DNA of 37,984 bases, taken from positions 1-37,984 of IMG/VR virus record IMGVR_UViG_3300031953_000062. One strand, written 5' to 3'. The position numbers and the translations under genes are program-made. The notes beneath the pieces are model-generated. The model saw only the letters and a program-made list of their open reading frames with translations, did not search any database and was not told the DNA's origin. The stretch comes from a virus (Duplodnaviria > Caudoviricetes). Position 1 is the first letter of the stretch; every line of letters starts with the position of its first letter. Shown here piece by piece: positions 1-9,265 of this stretch.

Positions 1-127
1 GCGATGGCGCGCAAGTCTCGCTTTTTGGCGATGATTTTGATATTACTGAAACACTGTTCAAGGAACGGGCCGAAGTGCTATCAAAGGCGCTGGCCCAACT
101 GCGCAATGATAAGCGCGTATTCGCAAC
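1..127. repeat. Terminal direct repeat copy 1 (circular assembly overlap)
   Basis: Identical to 37858-37984. Falls in the middle of a CDS that reads through the junction. Confidence 0.97.
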
Positions 128-956
128 ACTCGTGCGCGAGCGCGACCGTATCAAAGAGGCCGGAAATGAAACCGCCGACGCCAGCAACGCCGCAAGGGTC
201 AACACCGACGAAACCGCCCTTGCCCTTATCGAAAAGCTCGTCAACCGGGCCGGACCCCTCGACGACGCCCTCAACGACGCCGCCCGCACCGCAAGATCCG
301 GCACCGTCGCAGGCGGCATCCGCGATTTCCTCGCCACTGTCAGATCCACAATTGAAGGAGGCGATATCGGTAGGCTCTTGGATGGCGGCGATGGAAGGGC
401 GCGGGATGCTGCAACGCCGGATGGTCGCGCGAATGAAGGCGCAGCAAGCCGAGCGGGCGACGGACGAGCGCCGGATGGACCGGCAGGACGCGAGGCACCA
501 AGCGAAGCTGGACGGCAAGGGGAGGGGCGCGCCAGCGAGCGCACCGATGCGGGCGACCAAACCCTAATAGACGGCGTGGCGCCGGTCACGGAGCGCGACC
601 GGCTAGAGGCGGCGCAGGGCGCGCCCCTGCGCGGCGGCGATGCGGCCAGCGATGGCGGGCTGTTTGATCTGGGCGCGCGCGATCAAGACGATATGTTTGC
701 GCCAGATCCGGCCCGCGCAAGTGTCGGGCTGGGCGATGCGTTTGACGATCCTTCCCCGACCAGCCCCGCCATAGCCGCGCAAGTGGATGCCGCCGATAAT
801 GAGCTGCGGCGCGGTCTGGCCGAGGGCGCCGATTTCTTCCTGCCAACTGGCCGCATTGTCGATGGTGAGGCCGAAGTGATCAGCGCCGAAGATATCCTTG
901 CCGATCTGGACGCCGACGATAATTTCATGGAAATTCTCAATGTCTGCAAACGATAA
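3..956 (+). CDS. C-terminal part of the large ejection (internal virion) protein starting at 35259
   Basis: In frame with 35259..37857 across the circular junction (...KQSDGAQVSLFGDD...). Low-complexity G/R/A/D-rich stretch typical of podophage ejection proteins. Confidence 0.85.
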   Translation, partial: DGAQVSLFGDDFDITETLFKERAEVLSKALAQLRNDKRVFATLVRERDRIKEAGNETADASNAARVNTDETALALIEKLVNRAGPLDDALNDAARTARSGTVAGGIRDFLATVRSTIEGGDIGRLLDGGDGRARDAATPDGRANEGAASRAGDGRAPDGPAGREAPSEAGRQGEGRASERTDAGDQTLIDGVAPVTERDRLEAAQGAPLRGGDAASDGGLFDLGARDQDDMFAPDPARASVGLGDAFDDPSPTSPAIAAQVDAADNELRRGLAEGADFFLPTGRIVDGEAEVISAEDILADLDADDNFMEILNVCKR

Positions 957-969
957 GCCAAAAGGCACT

Positions 970-1152
970 ATGACGGTTTATGCGCCGGGCGATTTCAAGC
1001 CAACGGCGCAAGCTCTTATGTATCACTGCGCCATGTGCAGCCGTGTCGTGCTAGGCCAAGCGGTCTGGATCGATGAAGCCGGGCAGATATCCTGCACCGA
1101 ATGCCATGCGGTCGATGATCCTGATTGCTTTCATGCTAGCATGATAGGTTGA
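970..1152 (+). CDS. Small putative zinc-binding protein (60 aa)
   Basis: CAMC...CTEC motifs; AAAGG just upstream. Alternative start at 940. Confidence 0.5.
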   Translation: MTVYAPGDFKPTAQALMYHCAMCSRVVLGQAVWIDEAGQISCTECHAVDDPDCFHASMIG

Positions 1153-1159
1153 TTGCATC

Positions 1160-1351
1160 ATGGTGCCGTTCAAATGTTGCCAGATATACCGCAAGAGCCG
1201 GTTTGATCTAATGCCCGCCTTGCAGCATATCTGGCAGGCCGATACCGCGCTAGATCCGGTCGAATGTCTGCAAAAAGCTATCGAGTGCCTGCACCATGAA
1301 ATTGCCCAAGAGCGCGCCCGCGCGGGCCAGCAAAAGGATTTAGACCAATGA
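1160..1351 (+). CDS. Hypothetical protein (63 aa)
   Basis: Fills the gap; stop overlaps the next ATG (ATGA). Confidence 0.45.
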   Translation: MVPFKCCQIYRKSRFDLMPALQHIWQADTALDPVECLQKAIECLHHEIAQERARAGQQKDLDQ

Positions 1352-3831
1352 GCCTTTGGGATTGTATTCAAGAAGCGGTAGACGGCAATGAAATGAGTGC
1401 TGAGCGCGGGCGCGAGGCGCAGGATCTCTTCAACCGGCTGCGCGCGGATTATGAGGCGCGGGTGGGTCCAGAGGCCGCGCAGGCGCAGGCGGCGGATGAT
1501 GTAAAGAAAATCATGGGCGCGCGGGCCGGTGAAAAGCGGCGGCAAATGACGCTGCGCCTGCGCACGGCGCAGCGCAATACCGCGCGCCTTGCGCAGCATC
1601 GCACCTTGAGCGGCAAGGCCAACCCGGCGGATGCGCTGCGCGTCTTTATTGAGGGCGACGAAAACAGCGCCATTCAAGGCATTGTCCCGCTGTCGAAAAG
1701 TCTCAAGGGATTTTACCATGCGGAGCTGGTCGGGGTTCTGCAAAGTTTTGGCCGCAATATCTTCGGCACTGTGCGCAACAAGGCGAAGCTCGCCAGTGTT
1801 GTTGACGAGCTGTTTGGCAAGGCCAGCGGCGACGAGGCCGCAGCGGAAATGGCGGGCGCGGTGCGCAAAGTGCTGAACATGGCGCGCAAGGAACATAACG
1901 CCGCCGGGGGCAATGTCGGCTTTCTGGAAAACTACGGGCTGGCGATGAACCACAATGGCCGCAAGATCCTTGATACCGGCTTTGAGGCTTGGCGGGACGG
2001 GATCTGGAACCGGCTCGATTGGAACCGGATCATCGACCATGACACTGACCAGCCCTTTGCAATTGCCGGGGGTGTGCCGCCACGCGGCGCGCGGGCCGAA
2101 GAGTTCCTGACCGATATCTACCGCTCGATCACAACCGAAGGCTGGTCAAAGCGCGAGGCGAATTTTCATGATCGCGGCCTGACGGCGACCAAGCGCCGCG
2201 ATACATCGCGCGTGCTGCATTTTAAGGATGGCGAAAACTGGCTGGCCTATAACACTGAATTCGGCTCGGACGATCCGTTTACAAATATCGTCACGACGCT
2301 GGACGGATACGCCCGCGACACTGCCGCAATGCGCGTGCTGGGGCCGAACCCGCGCGCCGGTCTGTCCTATCTGGCGCAAGTGGTCGACAAGACCGCGCAT
2401 GAAACCCCATGGGACACGCCGTCAACGGCGCGCAAGCAATCGACCAAGGCCAGCCATAAGGCCAAAGCGATGCTCGATCTCTATTCGGGCGCGGCGCAAA
2501 CACCGGTGGATGGCCTGCTGGCGGAATTTCTGGCCGGGACGCGCGGCGTGCTGGTATCGGCGCAGCTCGGCGCGGCGGCAATCTCTGCCGTCACCGATGT
2601 AGGGTTTCAGGCGGCGGCGGCGCGCAAGATCGGGATGGACCCCGGCAAGGTCATTTCCCGCATTGGTAAAGAGCTGAAAGGCGATAGCGCCAATGCGCTG
2701 CGCAAAGGGCTTATCTCTGACCAGCTCGCCAATGTCGGCGCGGCGCAAGCCCGCTATATGGGCGACGTGTTCACGCCCGAGATTGCCGCGCGTCTGTCGG
2801 ATTTTGTCATGCGCGCGTCTGGCTTGTCGAAATGGACTGAGGCCGGGCGCCATGCGTTCCAGCTCGAATTTATGGGCTTTCTGGCTGACAATGTGCGGCA
2901 CGGATTTGAGGCTATGAACCCGAGCTTGCGCAAAGTGCTAGAGCGTAAAGGGTTCACGGCGGCGGAGTGGGACACGGTACGCACCGCAGATCTGCACAAT
3001 GAGGATGGCGCCACCTTCCTTGTGCCGCAAATGATGCGCTACCGCACCGATATTCCCGAGGATATGGCCGATGATCTGGCCGCGCGCCTTATGAGCGTTA
3101 TTCACGAACAAACCGAATTTGCCATTCCGTCTGCATCGCTTGAGGGCCAGGCCATTGCGCTCGATGCCACGCGGCCCGGCACGTTGATCGGCGAGCTGGC
3201 GCGCTCGGGGTTCATGTATAAAACCTTTGGGCTGTCGGTCCTGTTTAATCAGGCGCGGCGCACCATGGCCCAAGATACCAAATGGGACCGCTTTGCATAT
3301 GCTGCCGGGATGGGCGCGATGGTGACAACCATGGGCGCGCTGTCGCTTCAAATGAAAGAAATGGTCAAGGGCCGCGATCCGCGCCCAATGGGCAATTGGG
3401 AATTTGTGGGCGCCTCAGTCCTTCAGGGCGGCGGGCTGGGGATCTTCGGCGATTTTCTGTCGTCTGAAACAAACCGCTTTGGCGGCGGTCTGCCTGCCAC
3501 CTTGGCCGGGCCGGTGGTGGGGCTTGCCAGTGACTTGACCAGCCTTGGCGTCACAGCGGCGCGCGCGCCCTTTAGCGGCGAGGGCAATCTGGGCCGCGAG
3601 GCGGTCAACCTCCTGCGCTACAATACGCCGGTGACGGGTATTTGGTATTGGGGGTCAGCATTCCAGCGGTTGCTTTTCGACAACCTGCAAAAGATGGCCG
3701 ACCCTGACGCAGAACGCGCATGGCGCCGCGCAGAGCGGCGCCGTGTAGAGGCAAACGGCAATCCGGCATGGTGGGGTGCCGGTGAGATGTTGCCGCAACG
3801 TGGGCCTGATCTGGCGAACGTCGCGCGATAA
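1348..3831 (+). CDS. Ejection / internal virion protein (827 aa)
   Basis: Long helical protein with a Gly-rich hydrophobic C-terminal part (GGGLGIFGDFL). Last core gene before the tail fibre, as in epsilon15/BPP-1-like phages. Confidence 0.75.
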   Translation: MSLWDCIQEAVDGNEMSAERGREAQDLFNRLRADYEARVGPEAAQAQAADDVKKIMGARAGEKRRQMTLRLRTAQRNTARLAQHRTLSGKANPADALRVFIEGDENSAIQGIVPLSKSLKGFYHAELVGVLQSFGRNIFGTVRNKAKLASVVDELFGKASGDEAAAEMAGAVRKVLNMARKEHNAAGGNVGFLENYGLAMNHNGRKILDTGFEAWRDGIWNRLDWNRIIDHDTDQPFAIAGGVPPRGARAEEFLTDIYRSITTEGWSKREANFHDRGLTATKRRDTSRVLHFKDGENWLAYNTEFGSDDPFTNIVTTLDGYARDTAAMRVLGPNPRAGLSYLAQVVDKTAHETPWDTPSTARKQSTKASHKAKAMLDLYSGAAQTPVDGLLAEFLAGTRGVLVSAQLGAAAISAVTDVGFQAAAARKIGMDPGKVISRIGKELKGDSANALRKGLISDQLANVGAAQARYMGDVFTPEIAARLSDFVMRASGLSKWTEAGRHAFQLEFMGFLADNVRHGFEAMNPSLRKVLERKGFTAAEWDTVRTADLHNEDGATFLVPQMMRYRTDIPEDMADDLAARLMSVIHEQTEFAIPSASLEGQAIALDATRPGTLIGELARSGFMYKTFGLSVLFNQARRTMAQDTKWDRFAYAAGMGAMVTTMGALSLQMKEMVKGRDPRPMGNWEFVGASVLQGGGLGIFGDFLSSETNRFGGGLPATLAGPVVGLASDLTSLGVTAARAPFSGEGNLGREAVNLLRYNTPVTGIWYWGSAFQRLLFDNLQKMADPDAERAWRRAERRRVEANGNPAWWGAGEMLPQRGPDLANVAR

Positions 3832-3842
3832 TTCTTTTCTTA

Positions 3843-3879
3843 CTATCCAAACTGTAGTATTTCACTCCAAAATGGAGTG
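3843..3879. promoter_or_regulatory. Two tandem copies of the 17-bp palindromic operator upstream of the tail fibre gene
   Basis: CTATCCA-AAC-TGTAGTA (3843-3859) and CACTCCA-AAA-TGGAGTG (3863-3879) match the sites between cI and cro. Confidence 0.7.
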
Positions 3880-3887
3880 GAAACCGC

Positions 3888-5627
3888 ATGACTGTCCTTA
3901 GCGATCCAATTGACAAAGTATCGGACGGCGATGGCGTCACAACGGCGTTTCCCTATACGGGCCGCAACGCTGATCCGAACGACATTTTCTGTTATATCAT
4001 TGCGCCAAATGGCGCGCGGCGCATTCCAAGCTATACCGTGACCGGCGATGGCAACGGCGTGACGGTCACGATCACGTCAGAGGTTCCCCAGGTCGGGGAT
4101 AAAGTCGTGCGGTTTCGCGATACGTTGCTGCGCCAGGATGTGAATTACGAGGGCGGCAATTTCCCCTCAAGCACACATGAAAACAATGCCGATAAATTAA
4201 TGATGGCCTCGCAGGACCGGCGCGCGACCGAGGGGCGCAGCCTGCGCCTGCGGCGCGGCGCCGCTGCTATTCCCGAATTGGAGCCATTTTCCGCGCCGGG
4301 CTTGGCTATGGTGTCAACGCCAGAGGGCGGCTTTGGCGAAGGCCCGGCAGCAACCGAGATTGCCAACGCCCAAGCCTATGCGCTCGATGCGCAAGGATGG
4401 GCGGAAAGCGTCACCGAACCGGGCGCGCCGGGAACCAAGAGCGCAAAAACATGGGCGGGGCTTTCTGGCGGGTATTCTGATGCGGCAGAGGCGGCGCGCG
4501 ATGCGGCCCAAAGCGCCCAAACTATGGCTGAGGTTATCTTAGATAGCTTTGATGATAGTTATCTCGGCGCAAAGGCGGCAGATCCGGCCCTTGATAATGA
4601 CGGCGATCCGCTTGTGGTCGGCGCGCTGTATTACAATACGACCGAAAACGAAATGCGGATCTATGACAGCGTGAACTGGGCGGCGGTGTCGGCTGGTATT
4701 GAGCTGGCACTAAAGAAAGCAAACAATCTAAGCGACCTGTCGAACCTCCTTACCGCGCGGGCAAACCTTGAGCTGATCAAGCAAACCGCGCGCGACGATT
4801 TCACGGCGGGCCGCATGGTTGTGATGGAAGGCGCGCGCGGCGCGGCCCTCGCGCAGTTTGGGGGCAATTACTCGGCGTCCACCTTGGATATCGATGCTGT
4901 TGACGCGGGGTTTTCGGGTCTGGTCAGCACGACAAACGCAGGCACTATCCCTAGCGGCGGCGGCTCATTCTTTTATCTAGAGTGCCAAGCGGCCTTTTCG
5001 GGCGCGGCGGTAATCCAAACGGCCACATTCGGATATGCGGGCAGCGGCACGCCCAGCGAAACAAAGATCTTCATCAGGCAGCGGGCAAATAGTGGCGGCG
5101 TCTGGGGCGCATGGCAGCGGCTTGTCGTCGCGCCGGAAGCTGACAATGGCGGCTGGAATTACCACCCTCTCGGGGCGGTGGGTACGACCGCCGGGACGGT
5201 TTATGATTTTACTGGCATTCCGGCATGGGCAAACGAAATCAAACTTATCTTTCGCGGGGTGTCTCTGACCGGCAATAGTTACGGGCTGGTGCAAGTGGGC
5301 GCTGGCGCGATAGCTGATACCGGGTATGCCTCGGCCAGCGGCGGGATCACTGGCGCAAATCTTTGCACCTTTGACACGGCAACTAACGGCTTCGTGATTT
5401 TCAACAATAACGCGGCGTCTTATTTCGACGGCGAAATGATGTTGATGCGTACCGCGCCGCTCGCAAATTCTTGGGTCGCGAGCCATGCAATCGGGCGCGG
5501 CGCATTCGGCGTATCACAGGGCGGCGGCGACACGACCCTTGGCGGCGCTCTGGACCGCGTGCGCCTGACGCGGGTTGGCGCCCATACTTTTGATACCGGC
5601 AATATCTCTGTCGCGTGGCGGCGGTAA
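3888..5627 (+). CDS. Tail fibre protein (579 aa)
   Basis: T7 gp17-like N-terminal anchor (GDGVTTAFPY), KANNLSDL fibre motif, WGAWQR knob-like motif, beta-rich C-terminal domain. Confidence 0.85.
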   Translation: MTVLSDPIDKVSDGDGVTTAFPYTGRNADPNDIFCYIIAPNGARRIPSYTVTGDGNGVTVTITSEVPQVGDKVVRFRDTLLRQDVNYEGGNFPSSTHENNADKLMMASQDRRATEGRSLRLRRGAAAIPELEPFSAPGLAMVSTPEGGFGEGPAATEIANAQAYALDAQGWAESVTEPGAPGTKSAKTWAGLSGGYSDAAEAARDAAQSAQTMAEVILDSFDDSYLGAKAADPALDNDGDPLVVGALYYNTTENEMRIYDSVNWAAVSAGIELALKKANNLSDLSNLLTARANLELIKQTARDDFTAGRMVVMEGARGAALAQFGGNYSASTLDIDAVDAGFSGLVSTTNAGTIPSGGGSFFYLECQAAFSGAAVIQTATFGYAGSGTPSETKIFIRQRANSGGVWGAWQRLVVAPEADNGGWNYHPLGAVGTTAGTVYDFTGIPAWANEIKLIFRGVSLTGNSYGLVQVGAGAIADTGYASASGGITGANLCTFDTATNGFVIFNNNAASYFDGEMMLMRTAPLANSWVASHAIGRGAFGVSQGGGDTTLGGALDRVRLTRVGAHTFDTGNISVAWRR

Positions 5628-5631
5628 TCCT

Positions 5632-5961
5632 ATGACCCCAGAAAATCCAGATCCTTGGTACGAAATCTTTAATCAGCGCACGGCGTTGCTGGCGTTCTTT
5701 GGTGCGCTCGGCGGCGCGGTGCGCTCGGCTGCGCTCAAGACAACATGGCGCGAAAGTCTGCGCGTCGTGTTCATCGGCTCGGCCACGTCCTTTGGCGTCG
5801 GCACGCTGGCGCCTTTCTTGATGAAACCATGGATCGGCGATTTGCCAGAGGGGATGCAGACCGCGCTTGGCACGCTCTGCGCCGCTGCCTTTCTGACCGG
5901 CCTTGTTGCCGTGACGTTGATCGAACGGATGATCGATAAAAAGGAGGTTGACGATGTTTAG
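5632..5961 (+). CDS. Probable holin (109 aa)
   Basis: About three hydrophobic segments and a charged C-terminus. First gene of the lysis cassette. Confidence 0.6.
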   Translation: MTPENPDPWYEIFNQRTALLAFFGALGGAVRSAALKTTWRESLRVVFIGSATSFGVGTLAPFLMKPWIGDLPEGMQTALGTLCAAAFLTGLVAVTLIERMIDKKEVDDV

Positions 5962-6433
5962 AGCATGTAAAGGCACTCCAAATGAAAACGCATTCCGCAC
6001 GTTGATGGCCGGGTGCGTTCTGACAATCCCGATACTTTTGTCAATTGATCCTGCCTTGCGATTTTATGAACAACATATCGCGCCGAAACCGTGGGTTGTG
6101 GCGACGGTTGAAATTGTGCCGGTCGCGGGCGCGGCGCGGCCTGCCGTGCTTTATGGGGTCGATGCAAAGTCACTGGTTTCTGGGCGCTGGAAAGCCTGGG
6201 TCGAACCAAAATACGGTGATGTGTTTGTGCGCGGGTGCCGGGGATCTGGCCCCGGTAACTACAGCCCAACCCAAACAGAAAAGCGGCTTTGGAAATGGGG
6301 TGATTGGCTGGGCCGCGATTGCGCGTTGCCGCCGCGCCCCTTCCGGCTTTGCGTCTCTTATTCCCTCGAAACCCCGCGCGGCGCCCGCGAAGATTTTGGC
6401 CCCTATTGCAGCGAAGAATGGAGCGACAAATGA
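5954..6433 (+). CDS. Membrane-anchored lysis-cassette protein of unknown function (159 aa)
   Basis: AAGGAGG RBS; one N-terminal hydrophobic segment, then a Cys-containing domain. Overlaps both neighbours. Confidence 0.65.
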   Translation: MFRACKGTPNENAFRTLMAGCVLTIPILLSIDPALRFYEQHIAPKPWVVATVEIVPVAGAARPAVLYGVDAKSLVSGRWKAWVEPKYGDVFVRGCRGSGPGNYSPTQTEKRLWKWGDWLGRDCALPPRPFRLCVSYSLETPRGAREDFGPYCSEEWSDK

Positions 6434-7095
6434 CGTATTCTATCCGCGACCAGCAAGCGCGCGTTGCCGCGCTCGGGTTTAGTCCCGGCGCGATTGATGG
6501 CATGATTGGGCCGCTGACGCGCAAGGCCACACGGCTTGCATTGCGGGTGCGCGGCGGGCGATCTGTCGCTGACCTCTTCCACCCTTCGGGCCTGCATCGC
6601 ATCCACTTGCACTGGACGGCGGGCGCTTATGGCGTGATCGATCTTGAGCGCCGCGCCTACAATGAGCTGGTCGATCAAGAGGCCAATGTGCATAGCGGGA
6701 TCTTCCGGCCCGAGGCGCAAGCCAATTACCGCGTCGGACACGCGGCCAGCCATACGCTCAATGCCAATACGGGCGCCATTGGTCTGGCCCTCGATGCCAT
6801 GGCCTACGCCAAAGAGCGGCCTTTTGATGCCGGATCTGCGCCGATCACGCCCGCGCAGCTCGATGCGCTTTGTGAGCGCGCCGCGCATCATGCCATGCTC
6901 TACGATATTCCGGTGTCGCGCTGGTCGATCCTGACCCATGCCGAAGTGCAGCAAACGCTTGGCATCCGCCAGCGCAACAAATGGGATATCACTTGGCTGC
7001 CGGGCATGGCCGCGCCGGGCGATCCGATTGAAGTGGGCGACCGGCTGCGCGCCATGGTGCGCGAGCGCCTGCAAGATTGGCAGGTAGCAGCATAA
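6430..7095 (+). CDS. Endolysin: peptidoglycan-binding domain plus N-acetylmuramoyl-L-alanine amidase (Amidase_2)
   Basis: LGFSPGAIDGMIGPLT PG-binding motif; IHLHWTAG, ASHTLNANTGAIG and LTHAEV amidase motifs. Confidence 0.85.
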   Translation: MTYSIRDQQARVAALGFSPGAIDGMIGPLTRKATRLALRVRGGRSVADLFHPSGLHRIHLHWTAGAYGVIDLERRAYNELVDQEANVHSGIFRPEAQANYRVGHAASHTLNANTGAIGLALDAMAYAKERPFDAGSAPITPAQLDALCERAAHHAMLYDIPVSRWSILTHAEVQQTLGIRQRNKWDITWLPGMAAPGDPIEVGDRLRAMVRERLQDWQVAA

Positions 7096-7163
7096 TGGTT
7101 ATTTATTATGGGGCCGTCTCTTGCATCATCACACTCACGATTATCGTGATGTGGTTATCATAA
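7095..7163 (+). CDS. 22-aa hydrophobic microprotein MVIYYGAVSCIITLTIIVMWLS
   Basis: TAATG overlap with the endolysin stop and TAATG overlap with the i-spanin start. Entirely hydrophobic. Confidence 0.65.
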   Translation: MVIYYGAVSCIITLTIIVMWLS

Positions 7164-7486
7164 TGGGCAAGCTCGCCACTCCCGCCTTGATCGCCGCGCT
7201 CTTGGCCTGCCTTGGTTTGGGCGGCGCGCTTTGGTGGAAGTCCGGCGAGCTGGTCGATCTGCGCCAGGACAAGATCGATCTGACGCATGAGCTGGCGGTA
7301 AAGGAAACGGCCATTGCCCAAGCCAAGGAAGCGCGCGCCGTCGCCGATGCCCGCGCCGCCCGCCATGCCGCCGAAGTGGTCGAGCTGGACGCGGTGAGAG
7401 AATGGATTAACCGGAGTGGAAACGATGCACCGATGCCTGATTTGCTGCGCCTTACTCTTGACCGGCTGTACGGCCCCGCGAATTGA
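7163..7486 (+). CDS. Inner-membrane spanin (Rz-like)
   Basis: N-terminal transmembrane segment followed by a coiled coil; overlaps a lipoprotein ORF. Confidence 0.75.
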   Translation: MGKLATPALIAALLACLGLGGALWWKSGELVDLRQDKIDLTHELAVKETAIAQAKEARAVADARAARHAAEVVELDAVREWINRSGNDAPMPDLLRLTLDRLYGPAN

Positions 7487-7721
7487 GACGCGGTTTGTGG
7501 TTCCCGATGTGCCGGCCGATCTGCGCGCGCCATGTGTATCCAAGACGCGGCCATATCAAAGCGTGGCGGATGCGGCGTTGATCATCACGGACCTGTTGCA
7601 AGATCGCGCCTGCGCCAATGGCAAGATACTGGCAACGGACGAGATACTGACAGCAGCAGAGCGCCGCGCCAGTGGCCCTTCTAAGCAATCTGCGCACCCT
7701 CCCCCGCCGGGCGTGCCGTAA
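7425..7721 (+). CDS. Outer-membrane spanin lipoprotein (Rz1-like)
   Basis: Lipobox LLTGC and Pro-rich PDVPADLRAPC; overlaps the Rz 3' end in another frame. Confidence 0.75.
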   Translation: MHRCLICCALLLTGCTAPRIETRFVVPDVPADLRAPCVSKTRPYQSVADAALIITDLLQDRACANGKILATDEILTAAERRASGPSKQSAHPPPPGVP

Positions 7722-7783
7722 CGCGCCTGTAGCGCGCTAAATTCCAACTGTCCCAAGGGGGGCAATACCGCGCCTCCCCAACT

Positions 7784-7812
7784 GGCCCCGCATCACGCGG
7801 GGTCTTTTTTTT
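7784..7812 (+). terminator. Intrinsic terminator of the late/lysis operon
   Basis: GGCCCCGC-ATCAC-GCGGGGTC followed by a T8 run. Confidence 0.8.
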
Positions 7813-8042
7813 GCGCGCGCGTAGATCATAGAACAATGGCCCAACCGGCTGCATGGCCGCGCGCATTCCATCGGGCCGAATCGCATGGCGCGTTCAATGA
7901 GAAAAAAATCACACAACGCGGCGGGGTGCGCTTGCGTTATAGGCGCCGCGCCCCCCTTGGATGTGTGTTTTTTTTGGTAGTGCATATAGATCATAAGAAG
8001 GGGCAAAATTAAAACGCAGCAATCCCAGCATGTTGCGAGGGG

Positions 8043-8137
8043 GCAAATGGACAGCACGTGTCCATTACAATGGACAGCACGTGTCCATTTGCGTTCCCTA
8101 TCCGTTCGCGCGACCGATGTGGCCATTAGTATGGCCA
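8043..8137. repeat. Palindromic iterons / Rep-binding sites of the plasmid origin
   Basis: AATGGACA-GCACG-TGTCCATT occurs twice exactly (8046-8066, 8069-8089). Related TGGCCAT-TAGT-ATGGCCA at 8120-8137. A/T tracts upstream; directly 5' of rep. Confidence 0.75.
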
Positions 8138-8206
8138 GACTTGACACTATACCTGACGCCGTGTCACTTGGACGGACAGGCACCGCAGGCAAAGAGGGCA
8201 TACCAG

Positions 8207-8773
8207 ATGGAGCATATAAGGTTGAACAAGACGCAGGCCGATATGGTTGACGGGCGCAAGCCATGGCTCAAGTTGACGCGCATTGGCACGATTGAAATGT
8301 CGCGGCTGATCGGGGAAACTCCGAGAGGCGCGCGATTGCTTGCGGCCTTGTTCGCAGCAATGGACGATAACAACACAGTAGTGGCAACGCTCGACACGCT
8401 GGGCGAGCTTTCGGAAATGTCGGGGCGCACGGTTCAACGCGCCGTTGATGATCTGATGGAGCGCAACATTCTTGAGGTTCTGCAAATTCAGAAGCGTGGC
8501 GCGGCCCATGCCTACCGGATCAATGAGCGGGTTATCTGGTCGGGCCGGGGGCCGAAGGCGCGCGCCGTGGTCACTGCGCGGTTGCTCTTGCGCGGCGATG
8601 ACCAAACACAGCCCGAGTTGGTTGGCACGCCGCAGGCACCGCTGCCCAATTTAGACCCTGACGCGTTGACCTTGTTCAAGAATGTGCATCAACCCGAGGG
8701 GTGGAATGATCCTCACACAACGCTGGATCAGCTCGATATGGACGCGCTGATGCGGCGCCCCGCCGAAGAGTAA
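8207..8773 (+). CDS. Plasmid replication initiator, pBBR1-Rep / RepL family (188 aa)
   Basis: ARLLAALFAAMDDNNTVVATLDTLGELSEMSGRTVQRAVDDL...AYRINERVIW resembles pBBR1 Rep as recalled from memory (winged HTH). AGAGGG RBS. The ORF-track start at 8030 would run through the iterons. Confidence 0.8.
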   Translation: MEHIRLNKTQADMVDGRKPWLKLTRIGTIEMSRLIGETPRGARLLAALFAAMDDNNTVVATLDTLGELSEMSGRTVQRAVDDLMERNILEVLQIQKRGAAHAYRINERVIWSGRGPKARAVVTARLLLRGDDQTQPELVGTPQAPLPNLDPDALTLFKNVHQPEGWNDPHTTLDQLDMDALMRRPAEE

Positions 8774-8783
8774 ACAAAGGAAA

Positions 8784-8813
8784 GCCCGCAAGATATCAAA
8801 GTATCTTGCGGGC
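8784..8813. terminator. 12-bp hairpin between convergent rep and par genes (likely bidirectional terminator)
   Basis: GCCCGCAAGATA-TCAAAG-TATCTTGCGGGC. Confidence 0.65.
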
Positions 8814-8817
8814 CTTC

Positions 8818-8837
8818 TATCTTGCTAGCTTGCTAGG
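8818..8837. repeat. Downstream centromere-like repeats of the par locus
   Basis: TATCTTGC TAGCTTGC TAGG; same units as 10214-10269. Confidence 0.55.
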
Positions 8838-9065
8838 TTAGACTTCGCCAGCATCCGCGCGCAGCAATTCAAGCGCGCGCTCGACGAGCTGGTATTGCGG
8901 CGTGCGCGTCTTGGCCGATAGCACGCGCACATAGCTGGCCAGATCCGCATTGATCCGCACATTGAATGGCACTTGCGCGCTATCCTTTACGGTGTCCGTC
9001 GCGGGTATCGTGGGCGCCCGGCGCGGCGGCGGCGCGATGCCGCCAAGGCTGGTTGGCTTTTTCAT
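8838..9065 (-). CDS. Ribbon-helix-helix centromere-binding protein (ParG-like, 75 aa)
   Basis: Disordered N-terminal tail, then PFNVRINADLASYVRVLSAK...QLVERALELL (RHH pattern). Downstream of parA. Confidence 0.75.
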   Translation of the reverse strand: MKKPTSLGGIAPPPRRAPTIPATDTVKDSAQVPFNVRINADLASYVRVLSAKTRTPQYQLVERALELLRADAGEV

Positions 9066-9265
9066 AGCTGTTCTTTCTCTTGGTTGTCGTCCGGCATCAA
9101 TATGTAGCGCGGCGGATACGCTCTTTTGATATTGGCCATCGCGTTGCAAATTGGCTCTGCCGCCATATGAAAATCGCGCTGGATCTGGACAAGCTGGCGC
9201 TGGTACAGGTCCATTAACTGCTGGTCGTCAACGCTCAGATCGGGCGGTAAGGTGACTACTTTCAT
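9062..9265 (-). CDS. Hypothetical protein (67 aa) inside the par operon
   Basis: ATGA overlaps with both neighbours. Confidence 0.65.
   Translation of the reverse strand: MKVVTLPPDLSVDDQQLMDLYQRQLVQIQRDFHMAAEPICNAMANIKRAYPPRYILMPDDNQEKEQL

Noticed and set aside
1-127. 127-bp terminal repeat as a biological direct terminal repeat or att site
   Set aside because: It lies mid-CDS and its length equals a common assembler k-mer, so it is best explained as circular overlap.
4-567. 187-aa ORF and the 75-start of the 293-aa ORF
   Set aside because: The first is an alternative frame; the second is the tail of the gene starting at 35259.
3888-5627. Diversity-generating retroelement as in BPP-1
   Set aside because: No reverse transcriptase and no template/variable repeat pair seen.
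7086-7116. dif-like site (GCATAA...TTATG)
   Set aside because: The spacer is 10 nt rather than 6 and the XerD arm is poor. GGTTCGCATTA at 11620 likewise lacks a partner arm.
7831-7845. Alphaproteobacterial LexA box (GAAC-N7-CAAC)
   Set aside because: One mismatch, single occurrence and not next to a clear promoter.
8046-8089. CRISPR mini-array
   Set aside because: Two repeats separated by 2 nt, no spacers and no cas genes.
8030-8206. N-terminal extension of Rep
   Set aside because: It runs through the iterons; an RBS supports ATG 8207.
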